A stretch of DNA of 64,000 bases from Lama glama (lineage: Eukaryota): the NCBI GenBank assembly GCA_028534125.1, contig CM052817.1:26476001-26540000 (forward strand). The letters are read 5' to 3'. Made by a program: the position numbers and the translations under genes. How positions within the stretch are numbered: the first letter of the stretch is position 1; each line of letters opens with the position of its first letter. Shown here one piece after another: positions 12,431-26,194 of the stretch. Below the pieces are notes generated by a model, which saw only the letters and a list, made by a program, of their open reading frames with translations, ran no database searches and was not told where the DNA came from.

Positions 12431-13384
12431 AAATGTAGGATCCTTCCATTGACCAAAGATGATAGTGTGCCATGAAGTAGGGAGAATGGCTAACAACCCC
12501 CTGCTGTGAAGTCCACTGAGTAAATAATTTGGTGGTCCAGGGCTCAGGGGAGGCCAAAGTTTGCTTGTTTCTAGGAACTGATGCCTGTACATGCTTTAGT
12601 TTGGTTTGGGTTCAATTTGCCCAACTGGCTAATGCTAATGCTAAAACTGGGTGGTAGAGCCAATGGTTACAAGCTGAGATCTCTTTCTAAAAAAGTACCA
12701 AGAACTGTTCTTGTTTCCCTGAACTGAACCCTGACTAATAATAGAATGAGGTTGCTAAAACTTCTTGGCCATGTTAGTAAAGTGAGATAAAATAGAGGTT
12801 ATCTAGGATCTTAAGCTATTTAAATCTTACTGAAAACATCATGCTCCCGAGAGACGAAACAGTAAAGTGTGTCTTGGGAGACCTGTGTTTGGCCGTAACA
12901 GTCAGCAATGAAAGCAGATTTTGGGATTTAGTTACACATGTTATAATTTTGACCAAGAAAGTTATGGAAGCCATTATCCAAATAGCCTTTGGGAGATTTC
13001 CTACCCTCAGCTTTATATAAGCTAAAATCAACAGTTTAGGAAGTCTAGGAAGTTTAGACTTAACAGTTTATCAAGAGAAAAGCAAGATACGTTTTACCCG
13101 GACCATTATGGAAGCTAATGAACTGGCTTCTCTTTTGGTGATGCTACCTCTTTAGAGTACAGTTAATTTAAAAGATCAGTTAAATAATATGTTAGGAAAG
13201 ATTTCTGCCCCTGATGTCCAAATGATGGGTCAGTTTGTTTATCCCCATTAACTATAGTTGTGGTCCCATCTGATTGGATGCAGAATATTACGCTTTTGTT
13301 TTTGTTTTTGTTTTAGTTTGGTGGCTTCTGTTATCCCAGAAAGATACCTAGTACATAGAATCAGATGCTCAAAAATCAGTGAAA

Positions 13385-13790
13385 ATCACATATTGCCCAA
13401 AATAAAACCAAATTGAACCTAAATCTGATCAAACCTATAGATTCAACACCCAATTCCTAAGAATTACAGAGGGCACAGGAATATGTTAACACCATAGGAT
13501 GCCACTACAGAAATATAGACTATGAGAAACTCTAACATTTCCTTCAAATAAATTACAATGGGAAAAAAAAAAACCCACAAATGGAAAGGGAACTTATAAT
13601 TAAGACTTAAGAGGCATATTAGCCAATTGCAATTTGCGGCCCTTATTTCGGTTGTGGGTTCAGCAAAAAAAACTATAAAAAATTTATGACAATAACAAGA
13701 CAACTGGCAATGTGACCATTGTTTAGGTACTTAATTATCTTAAATAACTTTATATTTTTCCTTTCTATTAGAGAGGATGATATTATGGTT
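13385..13790 (+). mobile_element. Ancient L1 3' end fragment (L1MC-like)
   Basis: gaacctaaatctgatcaaacctatagat...agacttaagaggcatattagccaattgcaat, typical of the L1MC 3' UTR. Confidence 0.6.
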
Positions 13791-13794
13791 GTAT

Positions 13795-14690
13795 AGGAAA
13801 ACCCAGTCTTTCCTCCTGTGTGTTTCTTTTCTGTGTGTCTCCCTTACTATTCACACAGAACACTTCACTTCTGGTCACCAAATGTGTGGAGGTTTTCCCC
13901 CACACCAAACAATTGTTTGTGACATGAGTGGGTGTTCTACAATCAACTCAATTCTGACACTATCTATCCAGAGAGAGAATCAGATTCCACAGGTTAAGGG
14001 CTCAGTCTCACAAGACTAGCCCCCTGCCCTACTTCAGATGACAGTTGAAAGTACTAGGTCCCCAGGTTACCCACAACTTCTGTCTGACCTGGCTACAAAT
14101 TAGAGGTTCCCATGACCCCCTCCTCAGTTTCATTTATGTTGCTGGAGTGGGTCACTGAACTCAGGGAAACACTTCATTATATTTACCAGGTTGTTAAAGG
14201 ATGTGATAAAAGATACAGATAAACAGCCAGATGAAATACATAGAGGAAGGGTCCTGAGCTCAAGAGACTCTGTCCCTGAGGAGCTGGGGTGTATCACCCT
14301 CCTGGCGTGGATGTGTTTACCCACCTGGGAGTTCTTCAGACCCCTCAGGATTTTAGGGAGGCTTCCTCATGTAGGCATGATCAATTATGAACTCCATTTT
14401 CCTCCCCTCTCCCCTCTCTGGCGGATGAGGGACTGAAAATTCCAAGCTTCTAATTATGACTTGGTCTTTTTAGTGACCAGCCCTCATCCAGGAGCCCACT
14501 CAGAGTCACCTCCGTAGAATAAGATTCTCCTAGTGCTCTTATTGCTTAGGAATTTATAGAGGCTTTAGGAGCCCTGTGTCAGCGACCGAGTGAAAGACAA
14601 ATATTAGACTAAAAGTGCTCCTTGTGTTCTTATTACTTAGGGGATTACAAGGGTTTCAAGAGCTCTCTGCCAGAAGTCAGGGGCAAGTGC
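13795..14690 (-). mobile_element. ERV LTR, MER21B-like
   Basis: caattctgacactatcta, cacaggttaagggctcagtc and ccccaggttacccacaacttctgtc motifs, plus the duplicated cttagg...gagc block at the right end. Confidence 0.8.
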
Positions 14691-16108
14691 TTTTTCTCCA
14701 GCAAGTCTGAGGAGTCAGGGACAAGTAGAGACATCAGTTGGATTAAGTAGGGTTAGTGGTTTGCAGGCAGGATGGTACAGTAGGGGGTCAATGTGGGAAG
14801 GAAGGAATTTAGGGTGCTGTATGTAAAGTTGAAATGGCTGTGATTCAGACTGAATCAGGTGGCACCCAGTAGGGGCTGGTAGACTGAGGAAATGGAGGTG
14901 AATAGTAAAGGTAAAGAATAGTTTCAGAACAGTGAGGGAGAGGGAAAGTGGAAGGAGGTTGCAGGTAGGGAGAGAATTTCACAGTGTAAGATATTAGGGA
15001 TGCAGATATTTGTTCCCAACAGAGTTTGATTTGTGGCTGAGCATGGAGATGATGATTTTCAGAGTGCAGAAGGTCCACATTTCTGGATCATCCACTTTAT
15101 GTACCTACTGCCCAGGAAGCTGACAGGCAATGGAGTGTAGGGGAAGATGGAAAGCCAGGCTGCTGAATATATGCATGGATTAAAAAATGTTTTCTTTATT
15201 TGCATGCTCTCCATCCTTCACACTGATAGGATCTGACTCAACACAGCCCCACTTTGAGGAAGGATTTATAAGGATAATTCTGCTTTAATGTGCTGTTTTG
15301 CACTGACTAGAGAGACGAGATGGATGGGGTCATCGGGAGGAGCTGAGAGGACTGTGGTAAATGCACAGTTTCTTGGTGTCTCAGAAATAACTCTTTGCAG
15401 TGGGATTTCACTGTTATGTTTGAAGTCACTCTTTTCTGTTCATTTATCCATTTGAATATACAAAAACCAATGAAATATACTTTAAAAATCACCCACTATT
15501 TTGGATTTTCTCAGTTTCCCTGTTCACATCAGTTTAATTGAGAATTAATGATACTCTCTTGAATTTCTTTGCTAACACTCTGAAGCAGGTGGAGCTGTAT
15601 AGTTAAGAAGTGCCCACTGTCTTTTTAAGCCCTGGGCTAAATTTTTCTTTACAGTGTTCTGTCTTCTCTTAGGTAAAATTCACTTCTTCCCTTTAAAAAT
15701 AATGTCTGGCATTTGGTTACTTAGGAATCTATTTTTAAAACACTGTATTAACTTTTTAATCACACTCATGAAGTGAAATTATTCTAAAATTTCTGAATAT
15801 AGTTTCTCCTCTGGCCCTTATATTTCTTGGTTCCTGTCCTTGGAGTCGTTTTAATAGTTTTAGGTCCTGTACCTGTGATTTCACTGTAAACTAACTCAGA
15901 TCTTTTTGGGAAGCAGGCAGTATATAGATAAATAAATCTGTATGTTTAAGGGAAAAAGAAGCAAGGTACAAAAGGGTACTTACAGTATGATCCCATTCAT
16001 GTTTTTTAAAAAAGATGTATGTAGATAAATCCACTTATATACTATACATCTCTTTCTATGTGTGCACATGTGCACACACACACAGGAATGCAAACCCACA
16101 TATGGAGA

Positions 16109-16550
16109 TGAGACAGGAGGGAAGGGGGCAGGGCACAGCCAGTAATGAGTGACACAGCAATTAGCCCCAAGACGGCGGGAGATTTGACTTCCAGTTGACC
16201 TTGAGCTTCATTACACACTCACTGTAATACATTAGCATGGTAAATGACTCACCCACAGGTGCCACGACAGTTCCGAGGCTGGCCATAAAAGGTCAAAAAG
16301 TAGGTGATGGCTAAATTCCTTGGAATCCTTCCCCAAAATAGCTGGAATAATCCTCCCACTTGTTAGCATAGGAAGTTACCAAGCCTGTAAAAACTAACAA
16401 CCCAGCACGTCATGGTGACTCTCTCTTGCCTTCTGAAACAGCTCGCACTGTGTGTGTGGAGTATGTATCTTTCTGAATGAATCCACTTTTACTTAACTAT
16501 GACTGGCTCTTGAATTCTTTCCTGTGCAGAGCCAAGGACCCTCACTTAAT
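16109..16550 (+). mobile_element. ERV1 LTR, MER41-like (cetartiodactyl type), apparently 3'-truncated
   Basis: Starts TGAGACAGGAGGGAAGGGGGCAGGGCACA; internal cccacaggtgccacgacagttccgaggc and cttgaattctttcctgtgcagagccaaggaccctc are typical of MER41-family LTRs. Confidence 0.75.
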
Positions 16551-17149
16551 GGGGTGTGTTTCCCTCCCTGTAGTGAATAGGTCTGGACCTTTAACATGTA
16601 AATCTCCTAACTCACCTTTGGTTTTTAACTTTTAAGCCCCCTCACCCCTATTTGTCCTATCTGCATAACTAGGTTGGGGGAGGGTATGAATGCAGGAGGT
16701 GGGAAGGGGTCAGGGTGCAAATGTCAGCATTTCTGTTGGTAGGCAGGAGGGTGGAAAGAAACTATGAATACTCCCACAGTGCTAATCTTGTTCCTGCTAC
16801 ACATGAGGAATTTCTGAAAGGTTTTATAAGAAACCATGTAGAGCAGGTTACCTTAGGGGTGGGTCTGGGGAGTCAGAGGTGGGAGAGGGAGATTTTACTT
16901 TCATTGTCTGAACAGATTAAAAAAAAAACCTGTGTGTATTGCTTTTAGAATATTAAAAAATATATATATATTAGATGCATATTTTAAAATATAGGGAAAA
17001 TGTCATACGTGATAGAGTGAATTATCTAGTGTGTATCTTAGGTGTATTATTCACTGTAGGCTGCTTTGCCAAATGTTATAGTTAGATAATTTAGCTGATC
17101 TCTGTGATGATACAATATTATCAGGAAAAGCATTAATATACCTTTTCAA

Positions 17150-19265
17150 GCTGTTAGAGGGCTACTCTGACTGCTAGAAGAAAGGGTAGGGGCAGATCCT
17201 GGAGATGGAATATGTAATAGGAATTCCAGAGTGAATTCTAAGGGAAAAGTCAAATTTAATAGATATAAATTATCCTGAGCTGAATAAAGACTTGAATTTG
17301 CAGTTGAAAGTACACTGAGTTCTAAGCATGATTGATGAGAACAGGCACACATTTAAATATATTCTTTCAGAATTCCTGAATCCCAAGGTTGAAGAGAGAA
17401 ATCTTTTAAGTTTCTAGACAGAAGTAAGAAATTATTTATAAAAGGAAAAGACTCGGACCGGCATCAGACAGTGGAATAATGTCTATACCTACTGACAGCA
17501 GAGATGTTACCTCGGAAGTCTCTCTCCTGCCTCGCATCATTCACTTGCCAGGGTGAAAGGGATGCAGAAATGTAAAGACACCAAGAATATATCACTCATA
17601 TGCCCCATCCAAGGAAGCCATAAAAAGAGGAGTAACAAAATAATGAGAACAGAGATCTCAAGAAAGGAAAAAGTGAAGTAGAAAGGAAAAAGTGGTGAGT
17701 GAACAGTGAACTTTGTAACAATATGGATAATGATAGATTGGCTAGAAATGTGTACTGTATATGTTAAATAAATACTCTTAAGGAAAATGAGACTCACCTA
17801 TTGAGAGCCTGGAAGTAAAAGTCGCAAAATTTCTCAGCAAAACCCAAGCGGTGGGGTTTGAGGAAGAGGACTGGAAATTAAAACCATTCTAAAAATATTA
17901 TCTTATTGAGGTGGAGGGAAAGTATCAGGAAATAGACTAACATGGTGAGGAGACAGTGTCTAAGACTAGTAATAAAATATATGTTTTGTGATGCACATTA
18001 AAAAAGAAAATAACCACTAGTGGAATGAGAAAGCAGAATATCATTTGAAGTTTGTAAGGAGAAAAGGGAAAAAATTATCACTTGATCATACTAGTAAATA
18101 CAAATTAAAGGAAAAAGGGAAATTAATGAAGTAAGGTCAATAGTAAACATAGGCAAGAGAGAAGAAATGAATTAAGAATATTAGTGATTATATTAAATGC
18201 AAATGACCTCAATTTTCCTATCAAAAGGCAGAGATTGCCACGTTAGGTTAAAAACAAACTCAGCTAAATGTTGTCCTCAAGAAGCTCACAAAATGTAATA
18301 AAAATTATTATAAAATAAAGAGATTGAAAAAGCAGTACCACAAAAATGCAAACAAATTAAAACCAGGAGAAGCAATATTAATATCAGACAAGGTGGAACT
18401 ATTAATGAACAGGAAGAAGAACAATGCCTATAAAAGATGTAACATACAGAGATATGCATCAAACAATGTAACAGCTAAATATAAGAACATAAATGTATGG
18501 ATAACTAAATATATGTAAGGACAACTTCTTAAAAATAAAATTAGAGTAGATTTTTATTATACCTCTTTCAGAACTAGGCTGATCTAGTAGAGACAAAATA
18601 AGAAAGACTACACAAAGATATATAATCAACATGCATACATTAATAAATATATACAGAACCTTACCTTCTTCAGAGAGTACATATATATTTCATAGTGGCC
18701 ATTGACTATGTATAAAAACTAGTCAGAAACTTTGCCACCAAAAAACCCAATAATAAAATTTAAAAGTTGAGATTTTTATAGGTCACATTATCTGATGAAA
18801 TAAGAAGTAAATTGATGAAATTAAAAATAAAAATTTAAAAGATAATTTAACTAATTTGAAACTTAGGACTACCCTCCTGTGATCATTTTATAATATATAC
18901 AAGTGTCAAATCATTGTGTTGTACACTTGAAACTAATGTAGGGTTGTATGTCAATTATACCTCATAAAAATATTAAAATGAAAAAAAATCCATCCAAAAA
19001 AAAAGAGGCTACCTTCCTAAATAATCCTTGCATCAAATTAGAAACTAAAACTAAAATTGTAAACTCTCTAAAATGGACAAGGAAAACCCACAAAGCCAAA
19101 TCTACAAGACCCAATGAAAACTACACAAAGATCAGAAATACAAGAACTCAGTGTTTATCTTGAAAAATTAGAAAAAGAACCAAAAAGGCAGTAGAAGAGG
19201 GAATTAATAAAAAGAAAGGCTTAAATTAATGAAATGCAGAAAACAGTAGAAAAGGTAAGTAAATC
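17150..19265 (+). mobile_element. Ancient L1/HAL1 remnants (ORF1 and ORF2 endonuclease region)
   Basis: ORF1-like segment 17260-17470; ORF2 start-like ttaaatgcaaatgacctcaattttcctatcaaaaggcagagattg at ~18190; gcaatattaatatcagacaa. Confidence 0.7.
18879..19004 (+). mobile_element. Short 5'-truncated L1 3' tail inserted in the older L1
   Basis: tgttgtacacttgaaactaat...gtcaattatacctc plus A-rich tail, flanked by imperfect TSD ctaccctcct / ctaccttcct. Confidence 0.8.
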
Positions 19266-19299
19266 AAAAGCACCCCACCCCCCCGCCAAAGATAAAGAA

Positions 19300-19837
19300 T
19301 ATGGACCCTGTGGGTCAGGGATGCGGACAAGTCTCGGCAGAGATTACATGCATATTGGAGGTGGTTTACTCTCCACGGTGTCCAAGGCATCATTCGGGAG
19401 ACAAGAAAGCTGAGGGTGACTTGTTGGAAGGGATCTGGAATTATCTGAAGGCTCATTCACTCACATGTCTGGCCATTTGGCTGTTGGCTGAGACTTTCGC
19501 TGGAACTGTCAGTGAGAAATTCTACACCAGGTTTCCCAATGTAGCTTGGGCTCCCTCACAACATGGTGCTGGTGAGAGAGAAAGAGAGGGAGACCGGGAG
19601 ACGGGGAGACGGGGAGAGAAGCAGGCGGAAGATGTGTCATCTTTTCTAACCTCGTCTTAGATGTCACAAGCCATCACTTTTGCCACATTCTATTTGTCAA
19701 GATAGTCATAGGCATTGTGGGTTCAAGAGGAGAGGAGCCAGATTCCACATTTTTAGGGGTCAGTGGCAAGGGGTCACTGGAAGAACACATGGGACAGGAC
19801 ACATTGTGGCTATTTTTGGAAAATACAATCTTCCACA
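19300..19837 (-). mobile_element. MaLR LTR (MLT1G/H-like)
   Basis: ggctcattcactcacatgtctgg; cacttttgccacattctatttgtca; terminus atttttggaaaatacaatcttccaca. Confidence 0.8.
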
Positions 19838-22115
19838 GATCCTTACCAGTTAAGGCATGCCATGATGTATGGTTGTTAAGCAATCAAACAATAAAATTGG
19901 AAAAGGGTATATAATACAATTCTATTTTTGTAAAACAGTTAATGGCAACTCCGATATGTGTATACTTATGATTATATGAACAAGACGAAGGCTACGTAAA
20001 GATAAACAGCAGGTAGTTAACTTTGGTTGAGGGGCCAGATGGAGGGTGGAGGTAAACAAGAAGATAAAAGTACACGCCTATCTGCCTACATAGAGACAAA
20101 TACAAGAAAGTGCTAGGTTTGGAGAGTGGGTGTGGCAATGTTGGATGTGTACGTGGGTTCTGAAGACAAAATTCTGAAGAACGGTGGAAAGGGCTGTGAT
20201 ATGGACCAGATGTCGTGGGCTTCACAAGCAGCATTCTCTCTAAGGAGCTCTTACAATTAATTAAGATTAGGCAATTTCCAATTTTATTTCCTATGTTTAC
20301 AGAAATAGACTTGAGTCAAAATGATCACCCTGTTGATACCAAGGAAGATAGTTTTGATTTTCTTAAAAAAGATGTTTTTCCCCAAATTTTATCTTTGCTC
20401 TATCATTATTTAAAAAAGAATATCTTGTTGGTGTAAACTCTAAACGATGAGGCCAGTGTCTGAATGCTTACATCCACTTTATGGTTTCAACATTTTAAGT
20501 CTAACTAGTTATAAATGAGAGTGGAAGGATTACTTTCTGATGTTGAAGTGTTGCATTCCCCTTGGAATATCAGTACTGACTTTTGTTTCTCAGCGTGTAA
20601 GTGATGTTATCTGTACTTGTTAGCACGCACATGGGTGTTGATCAGACACACCTTTCCTTCTTTCCTTTGCTTGCTTGTTTTGGGGTTTTGTGCTAATCAC
20701 AACTGCTCTGATGAGGTTGGGGAGAGGAAGAAGAAAAAGAGTCTGAACACAAATCCAAGGACTGTTGCTTTGTCTGGAGTTCTTGGGTAAGGTTTGCCTG
20801 CACGAGGTTGAAATCAAGGTTGAAGCGTAAGCCAGCCAAGGAGTTCACTAACATCCCAGATGTGGATTCTCTCCCTAATGGCAGCAATAATTCAGAATAG
20901 AATGTGATACACTTGAAGATCTTATTATGACTTTACCAGCAGGGATCAGAAATAAGCCCGTGAATCCTGCACAACTTCTTCAAGAGCGTGCTGGTAGATA
21001 ATGCTTTATGTATTTTTCCTTTATTACCCACTTCTGATGAGGCTCAGAATACTAATCAGATAGCTTTGAGGTTTAAAAGGAATCCCTGTATCTTTTCTAC
21101 ACCAAAATTTAGCAACTGGATGACATGGAGTCTTCACTCTAACGCACCCTCAATCATTAACCTTAATTTTTTTTTACCTACTCGTTACACACACTTACAC
21201 GCACTAACCATCCCAATGTAAGAGTTCATTGTGGTAAAAGATTGAAAGATTACAGGTAAAACAGAAAATGCACTAGGTAGACTTCTAATGAGGATACATG
21301 AGTGAGCTCAGCAGATCTTATCTGTTTTTGTGCTCTAATTGAAAATTGTTGACTATATATATGTTTTCAGCTGTATCTTTTTTGCCAGATGCTACCAAAT
21401 GAGATCATTTCCTGTTCAATAGCTATGTCGAGTTATGCGTTAACTTAAATTATTGAGTTAATGTGTCATGGGCCATTTACGAAAAGCAACTGTATTTCAA
21501 ATATCCTCATTTTGTTCAGTGATGTCTTCTCTACTTTAGTTCCTATTTGGTGTTTGGAAAGGGATTGAAACTAGGAAATAAATGATATGAAGTAGATATT
21601 TTACATGTATACAATTGAGAGATTTAATTGTTTTTTGGGACTTGTTTGAAAATTCAGTTTTATATTTCAGTGAAAGCAGATGCCAATCTGCTTTATTTAG
21701 TGGTATTTGGTTTAATGCTTGTATCGGTTAAGTTGGGGTTTGGTGGAGACGTTCAGATGTGTTTAGCCTGTCTCACTGGGCTGCGTATTTAAAGGACTGG
21801 GCTCTCACTTTTCTCAGTTTGTTGCCTGCCTTTGGCAAAGCCCTCCACAATGAAGGTCCAGAACCTGCTATCATCATCCTGTCCCTGCTGCCAGGAAGTG
21901 GACAGGAAATTAGGATTCAAGCTTCAGGAGAAGCCTGCCGGCCCCCTTGGCAGGATGTGAGTGCCATCTTGCACCTTGTGCTGCTGTGATTGGTGTCCCT
22001 GCTCCTTTGCTCCCAGGGATAATGTGGGTGCTAATCCCCATGCAACGTGGCCAGTTCAAGGCTGCCTGATGGTGTCTGGATTTAGCTTTGGGTTATCCCC
22101 TACAATGTGGCTGAG

Positions 22116-22533
22116 TATTACGGGCTGAATTGTATTCTCCCAAAATTCACGTGTTGAAGTTTGAATTCCCAGTACCTCACAATGTGGTCTTCCTTGGAGG
22201 CAGTGTCTTTACAGAGGTTATCAAGTTAAAATGGGGTCATTTGTTTGGGTGCTCCCTAATCCAATACACTGGTGTCCGTATAAAAAGGGAAATTTGGACA
22301 CAGAGCTCCGCATAGGAGGGATAGAATGTAAAGAAACCCAGGGATTAGAAGGCCATCTACAACCAAGGAGGGGCCTGGAACAGACCCTTCCCTCACAGCC
22401 TCGGAAAGAATCAGCCCTGCTAACACGTCGCTCTTGGACTTCCAGCCTCCAGATGCACGAGATGACACATTTCTGTTGTTTAAGCCACCCAGCCTGTGGC
22501 GCTTTGTTACAGCAGCCCCAGCAAACTAATATA
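22116..22533 (+). mobile_element. MaLR solo LTR (MLT1B-like)
   Basis: Full length, from gggctgaattgt..cccaaaattca to ttggacttccagcctccaga...tttgttacagcagccccagcaaactaata. Confidence 0.9.
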
Positions 22534-23565
22534 GTGGGTTTAAATCAATTCAACTCAGCTGCATTTAAGTCTGTGAGAGTGACCATTTCACTATAACCTT
22601 CCCAGCAATATATAGTCTAATCTTCAATACCCAGCACATGGCCTGTGTTAATGTTTGATGACTAAGTGAACAAATAATTACATTGCATCTATGATGTTTC
22701 AAAGCTAAGAATTTTGTCTTTTTGCAAAAGCACCACCCAGTTTTCTCTGTAGGTGTCTCCAGGAGTGGGTCCAGTTGACACCTCCCAGGTGTTGTCTATT
22801 TGCTCCCCCAACTCTTATCCCAGACTCTACCTATACCCAGTCTACTCTCCCTGTCAGTAGAGGGCATCCCTTGCAATCAGGCCACCTTTCCCTTGAGCCC
22901 CTCGTCTCCTCGGAGGGGCCAGTTTAAGAAAACTGTCTGTTATCCCACCTCAGTAAATTGCTCAGATCCTGGATATGAGCCAACCCATAACCCAAAGTTG
23001 CAAAAGGCAGTTGGCTGCCCTAACTCCCGGTCATCTCTGGAAGGTTTCCTATGAAGACAAAGAGCCTTGCTTAGAATACAGCTGATCAAATGTGATCTCT
23101 GCCATGTTAGGTACTCCAGGGGTCCGGAATAGCAGGAAAGACAATAGGACACATAACTGCTATACTACAAGGCAGCATTTATGATACATACTGCAATAAA
23201 GATATGGGGAGAAGGTGATAGGGAAACAGGAGTAAGTTTATTTTGACTGGCAGGGCCTGGAAAAGGTTCGTGGAAGACGGAGCACCTAAGCAGGGTTTTG
23301 ACAGATGGAATTAGAGGTACATGTGCTCTGTGCAAGGAGAAAATGTATACAAGGGCTCAGAGTGATGGTCAGTATATTCCCAATGATGCCTTCCCTTGTG
23401 AAGGGAGCCTGAAAACAGGCTGACCTTCAGCAGGAACACATCAGTGTGAGTGGGCTGGTTACAGTCAAACTGGTTTTTTTTTCCTTATTCCTTTTTTTCT
23501 CTCCAGAACTGATTACAAGAAATATAAGGTACAGATTTAAAGTTTATACCCATAAAACTTTCTTG

Positions 23566-23735
23566 ATTTTTTTTAATTGAAGTATAATTGATTTACAATT
23601 TTGTGTTAGTTTCAGGTGTACAGCAAAGTGATTCAGTTATACATATATATTCTTTTTCAGATTTTTTTCTATTATAGGTTATTATAAGATATTGAATATA
23701 GTTCCCTGTGCAGTAGGTCCTTGTCGTTTATCTTA
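23566..23735 (-). mobile_element. L1 3' end (artiodactyl-type tail)
   Basis: Poly(T) then ttgaagtataattgatttacaat...tttcaggtgtacagcaaagtgattcagttatac. Confidence 0.85.
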
Positions 23736-24099
23736 ATATATTTCTGATTATAAAAGAATACAACTTGTGAGAAAAACACTGAAAAAAAAAAGAAAACAGA
23801 ATTTTAAAACTCTCCATTAATCCCATTTAAAACAAACAAACAAAAAAACATTTTGGTGATCTTCCTCTTCCCATTTTCTGCTGTGTATGTAAGTTAAATA
23901 TTTAAACACTTGAGATCATACTTTGCATATATTTTTGTATCTTGTGTTTTATCAAGGAAGTTAAACTATGCATCTTATGTTATTAAAAGCATTGATAATA
24001 GTTATAAACATTCTGTATATGGATTACTATAACATAATTTATTTTCCTATTGTTGGACATTCATGCTGATCAAAATTTTCATCATTAATAATGTGATGA

Positions 24100-24243
24100 G
24101 GGGGGAGGGTATAGCTCAGTGGTAGAGTGCATGTTTAGTAAGCACAAGGTCCTGGGTTCAATCCCCAGTGCTTCCATTAAAATAAATAAACCTAATTAAC
24201 CCCCCAAATAAAGAAATAATAATAATTTAAAAAATTAAAACCA
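24100..24243 (+). mobile_element. tRNA-derived SINE, camelid vic-1-like
   Basis: GGGGGAGGGTATAGCTCAGTGGTAGAG (A box), GGTTCAATCCC (B box) and A-rich tail; TSD aatgtgatga (24090-24099) / aatttgatga (24244-24253). Confidence 0.9.
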
Positions 24244-26194
24244 AATTTGATGAACATTTGTCTCGATTTCTGATTATTTCCAAAACTAGGTTCCTAGGTT
24301 CCATTGACTCTTTTGTTATTGCCTTTCTTCTTTGATTAGATCATTGCTTGTCATTCCAGGGTTGAAGCGTGTATAATTTCAACCAAAAAAAAAAAAAAAA
24401 AACCTGTCCAGGTGATTCTGATAAGCAAGCAAGCTCTCCCCCAGCTCCAGTTAAGAATTGCAGGATTAAGGCAATGAAGTCACTCCGTGGTGACTGGGAG
24501 AGGATATGAGGGCAGGAACCATAATAAAGTTTCCAATAATCGTAACATGTCTTTTCACTGAGTTAACTTTAATTATTCAAGCTCTCTGTGTTTGCATCTA
24601 GAATTCAATGTCAAAGCAGATGTCGCCAACAGCCAGCCTTGTTCTGCCTTCTAGAACTTTCCCCCAGTGAGGGAGGAGGAGGCCTGGGGCAGTGCCCAGC
24701 TGAAGCTCGACTTGGAAAGCAGAATTTGCGCAGTATTTCGGAATTGGGGTGTTTATGAAAGGGAATGGCTGACTAGGTTCTTTGTGGGATATTAGGTGAT
24801 CTGGTATCATGCAGAGGGAAGGAAGGGAGAGAAGGAGGTAGTTCTTCCTTGCTTTGCTTTTTAAGACTTCTTGCTCAGCTAGAGCACAGACTTAGTGTGA
24901 GGCTATCTGACTTGTTAATATCAGACAAATTATCTCATTATCTGTCATCTGAGCCTTCATTTGTAGCATGAAGGATTTTGGCTCTCCTCAAGGCTGCTTC
25001 CAGTTCTAAGGTTCTGTCATTTCTCCCCACAGTCATATGACACAGGCCTTTTCTTGTGACAGCAGGTCTTACTTTTATAAATCATATGTCACCTCGATGT
25101 CTGTTGGGGGTGACCTTGTCCTTTGAAATTCAGATTAAATTGCAACAACTAAATGTTTTTATTATGAGATGAGAATAACTCAAAAGAAAGAGACTAAGCA
25201 TTTAACTTAAGCAACTTAAAAGAAAACAAAGAACAAAATAAAGCAAAGAAAGTAAGAGGGAGATGAACTGTTTACTCGGAAATGAGTACAATCAAAAAGC
25301 GGTCTGTACCTTCTGTCGCCTATCAGTGTCAATATGAATGAAATAGAGAAAACTGAAAATGAATGAATTAGAAAATAAAGATATAACAAGAGTTGGTAAG
25401 TAAAAGCAAAAGCTGTTCCTCAAGGTAGGTAAGTTTTAGAGAAAACTTTGGCAAGACTCACCAGGAAAAAGACAAAAAAAAATTCAGCTTTAGGAACAAA
25501 AAAAATACAGATATGGAAGATTAAGGAATTACAAGAACTAAGAGTACCCAGTACTCCGGCAGCATGTGCCTTTTTGGTAGATTTCAGTGATTATTAACAA
25601 AATGTGGGCATACTTTATCATTGTAAAACAATGAACAAACTTGATCTTCAGCTAAAATGCGTGGCAAGGACAATGATCAAGGTCTCCAGATAACAACATT
25701 AAGTTGCTCAGGACTAAGCAAAAAGTTTTCAGAGTTTTTGAAAGGTTTGCACACAGGGTCATCCCTGAGACTTGCTCAGTGTGTAAGCTAAATGCATAGG
25801 TAACGAGCTTCCTTTGAATATTATTGGCACATTTGCCTCAGATGGAATAAGACAGGTTTGTGCAGCTGCTGTCTGGGAGCCTTGCCTGTCAGGGCAAGAC
25901 TCACAGCTGAAAAATATAATTCCTACCTCATGCTCTTCTATTTGCCTCTAACTTGCTGGGGTTTTGCTACTGGTACTTGTACGTGATTTGCTATGTGGCC
26001 CTCTGACCTTCTCATCTGCAGTCTTCAGTTTTCTGTCTGTCTTCAGTTGCAGAGTTTCATTTTTACTGATCCAGGCAGGTGGCAGAAAGGTTAAGGCCAG
26101 ATATAAGAATTGGATGCACTTCTGGAGCATTTATTTACGAGGGAGGTATTAAAACATTTTGGAAGACTGCTGTCATTAAGACACAGCAAAATGA

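Noticed and set aside
12440..13300. Possible ERVL LTR end (gaaccctgactaata at ~12726-12740) with internal sequence
   Set aside because: Only a short terminal motif is recognisable, so family and boundaries cannot be supported without RepeatMasker.
24100..24175. tRNA-like sequence with A and B boxes
   Set aside because: An A-rich tail, a TSD and two diverged paralogues in the window show it is a SINE, not a tRNA gene.
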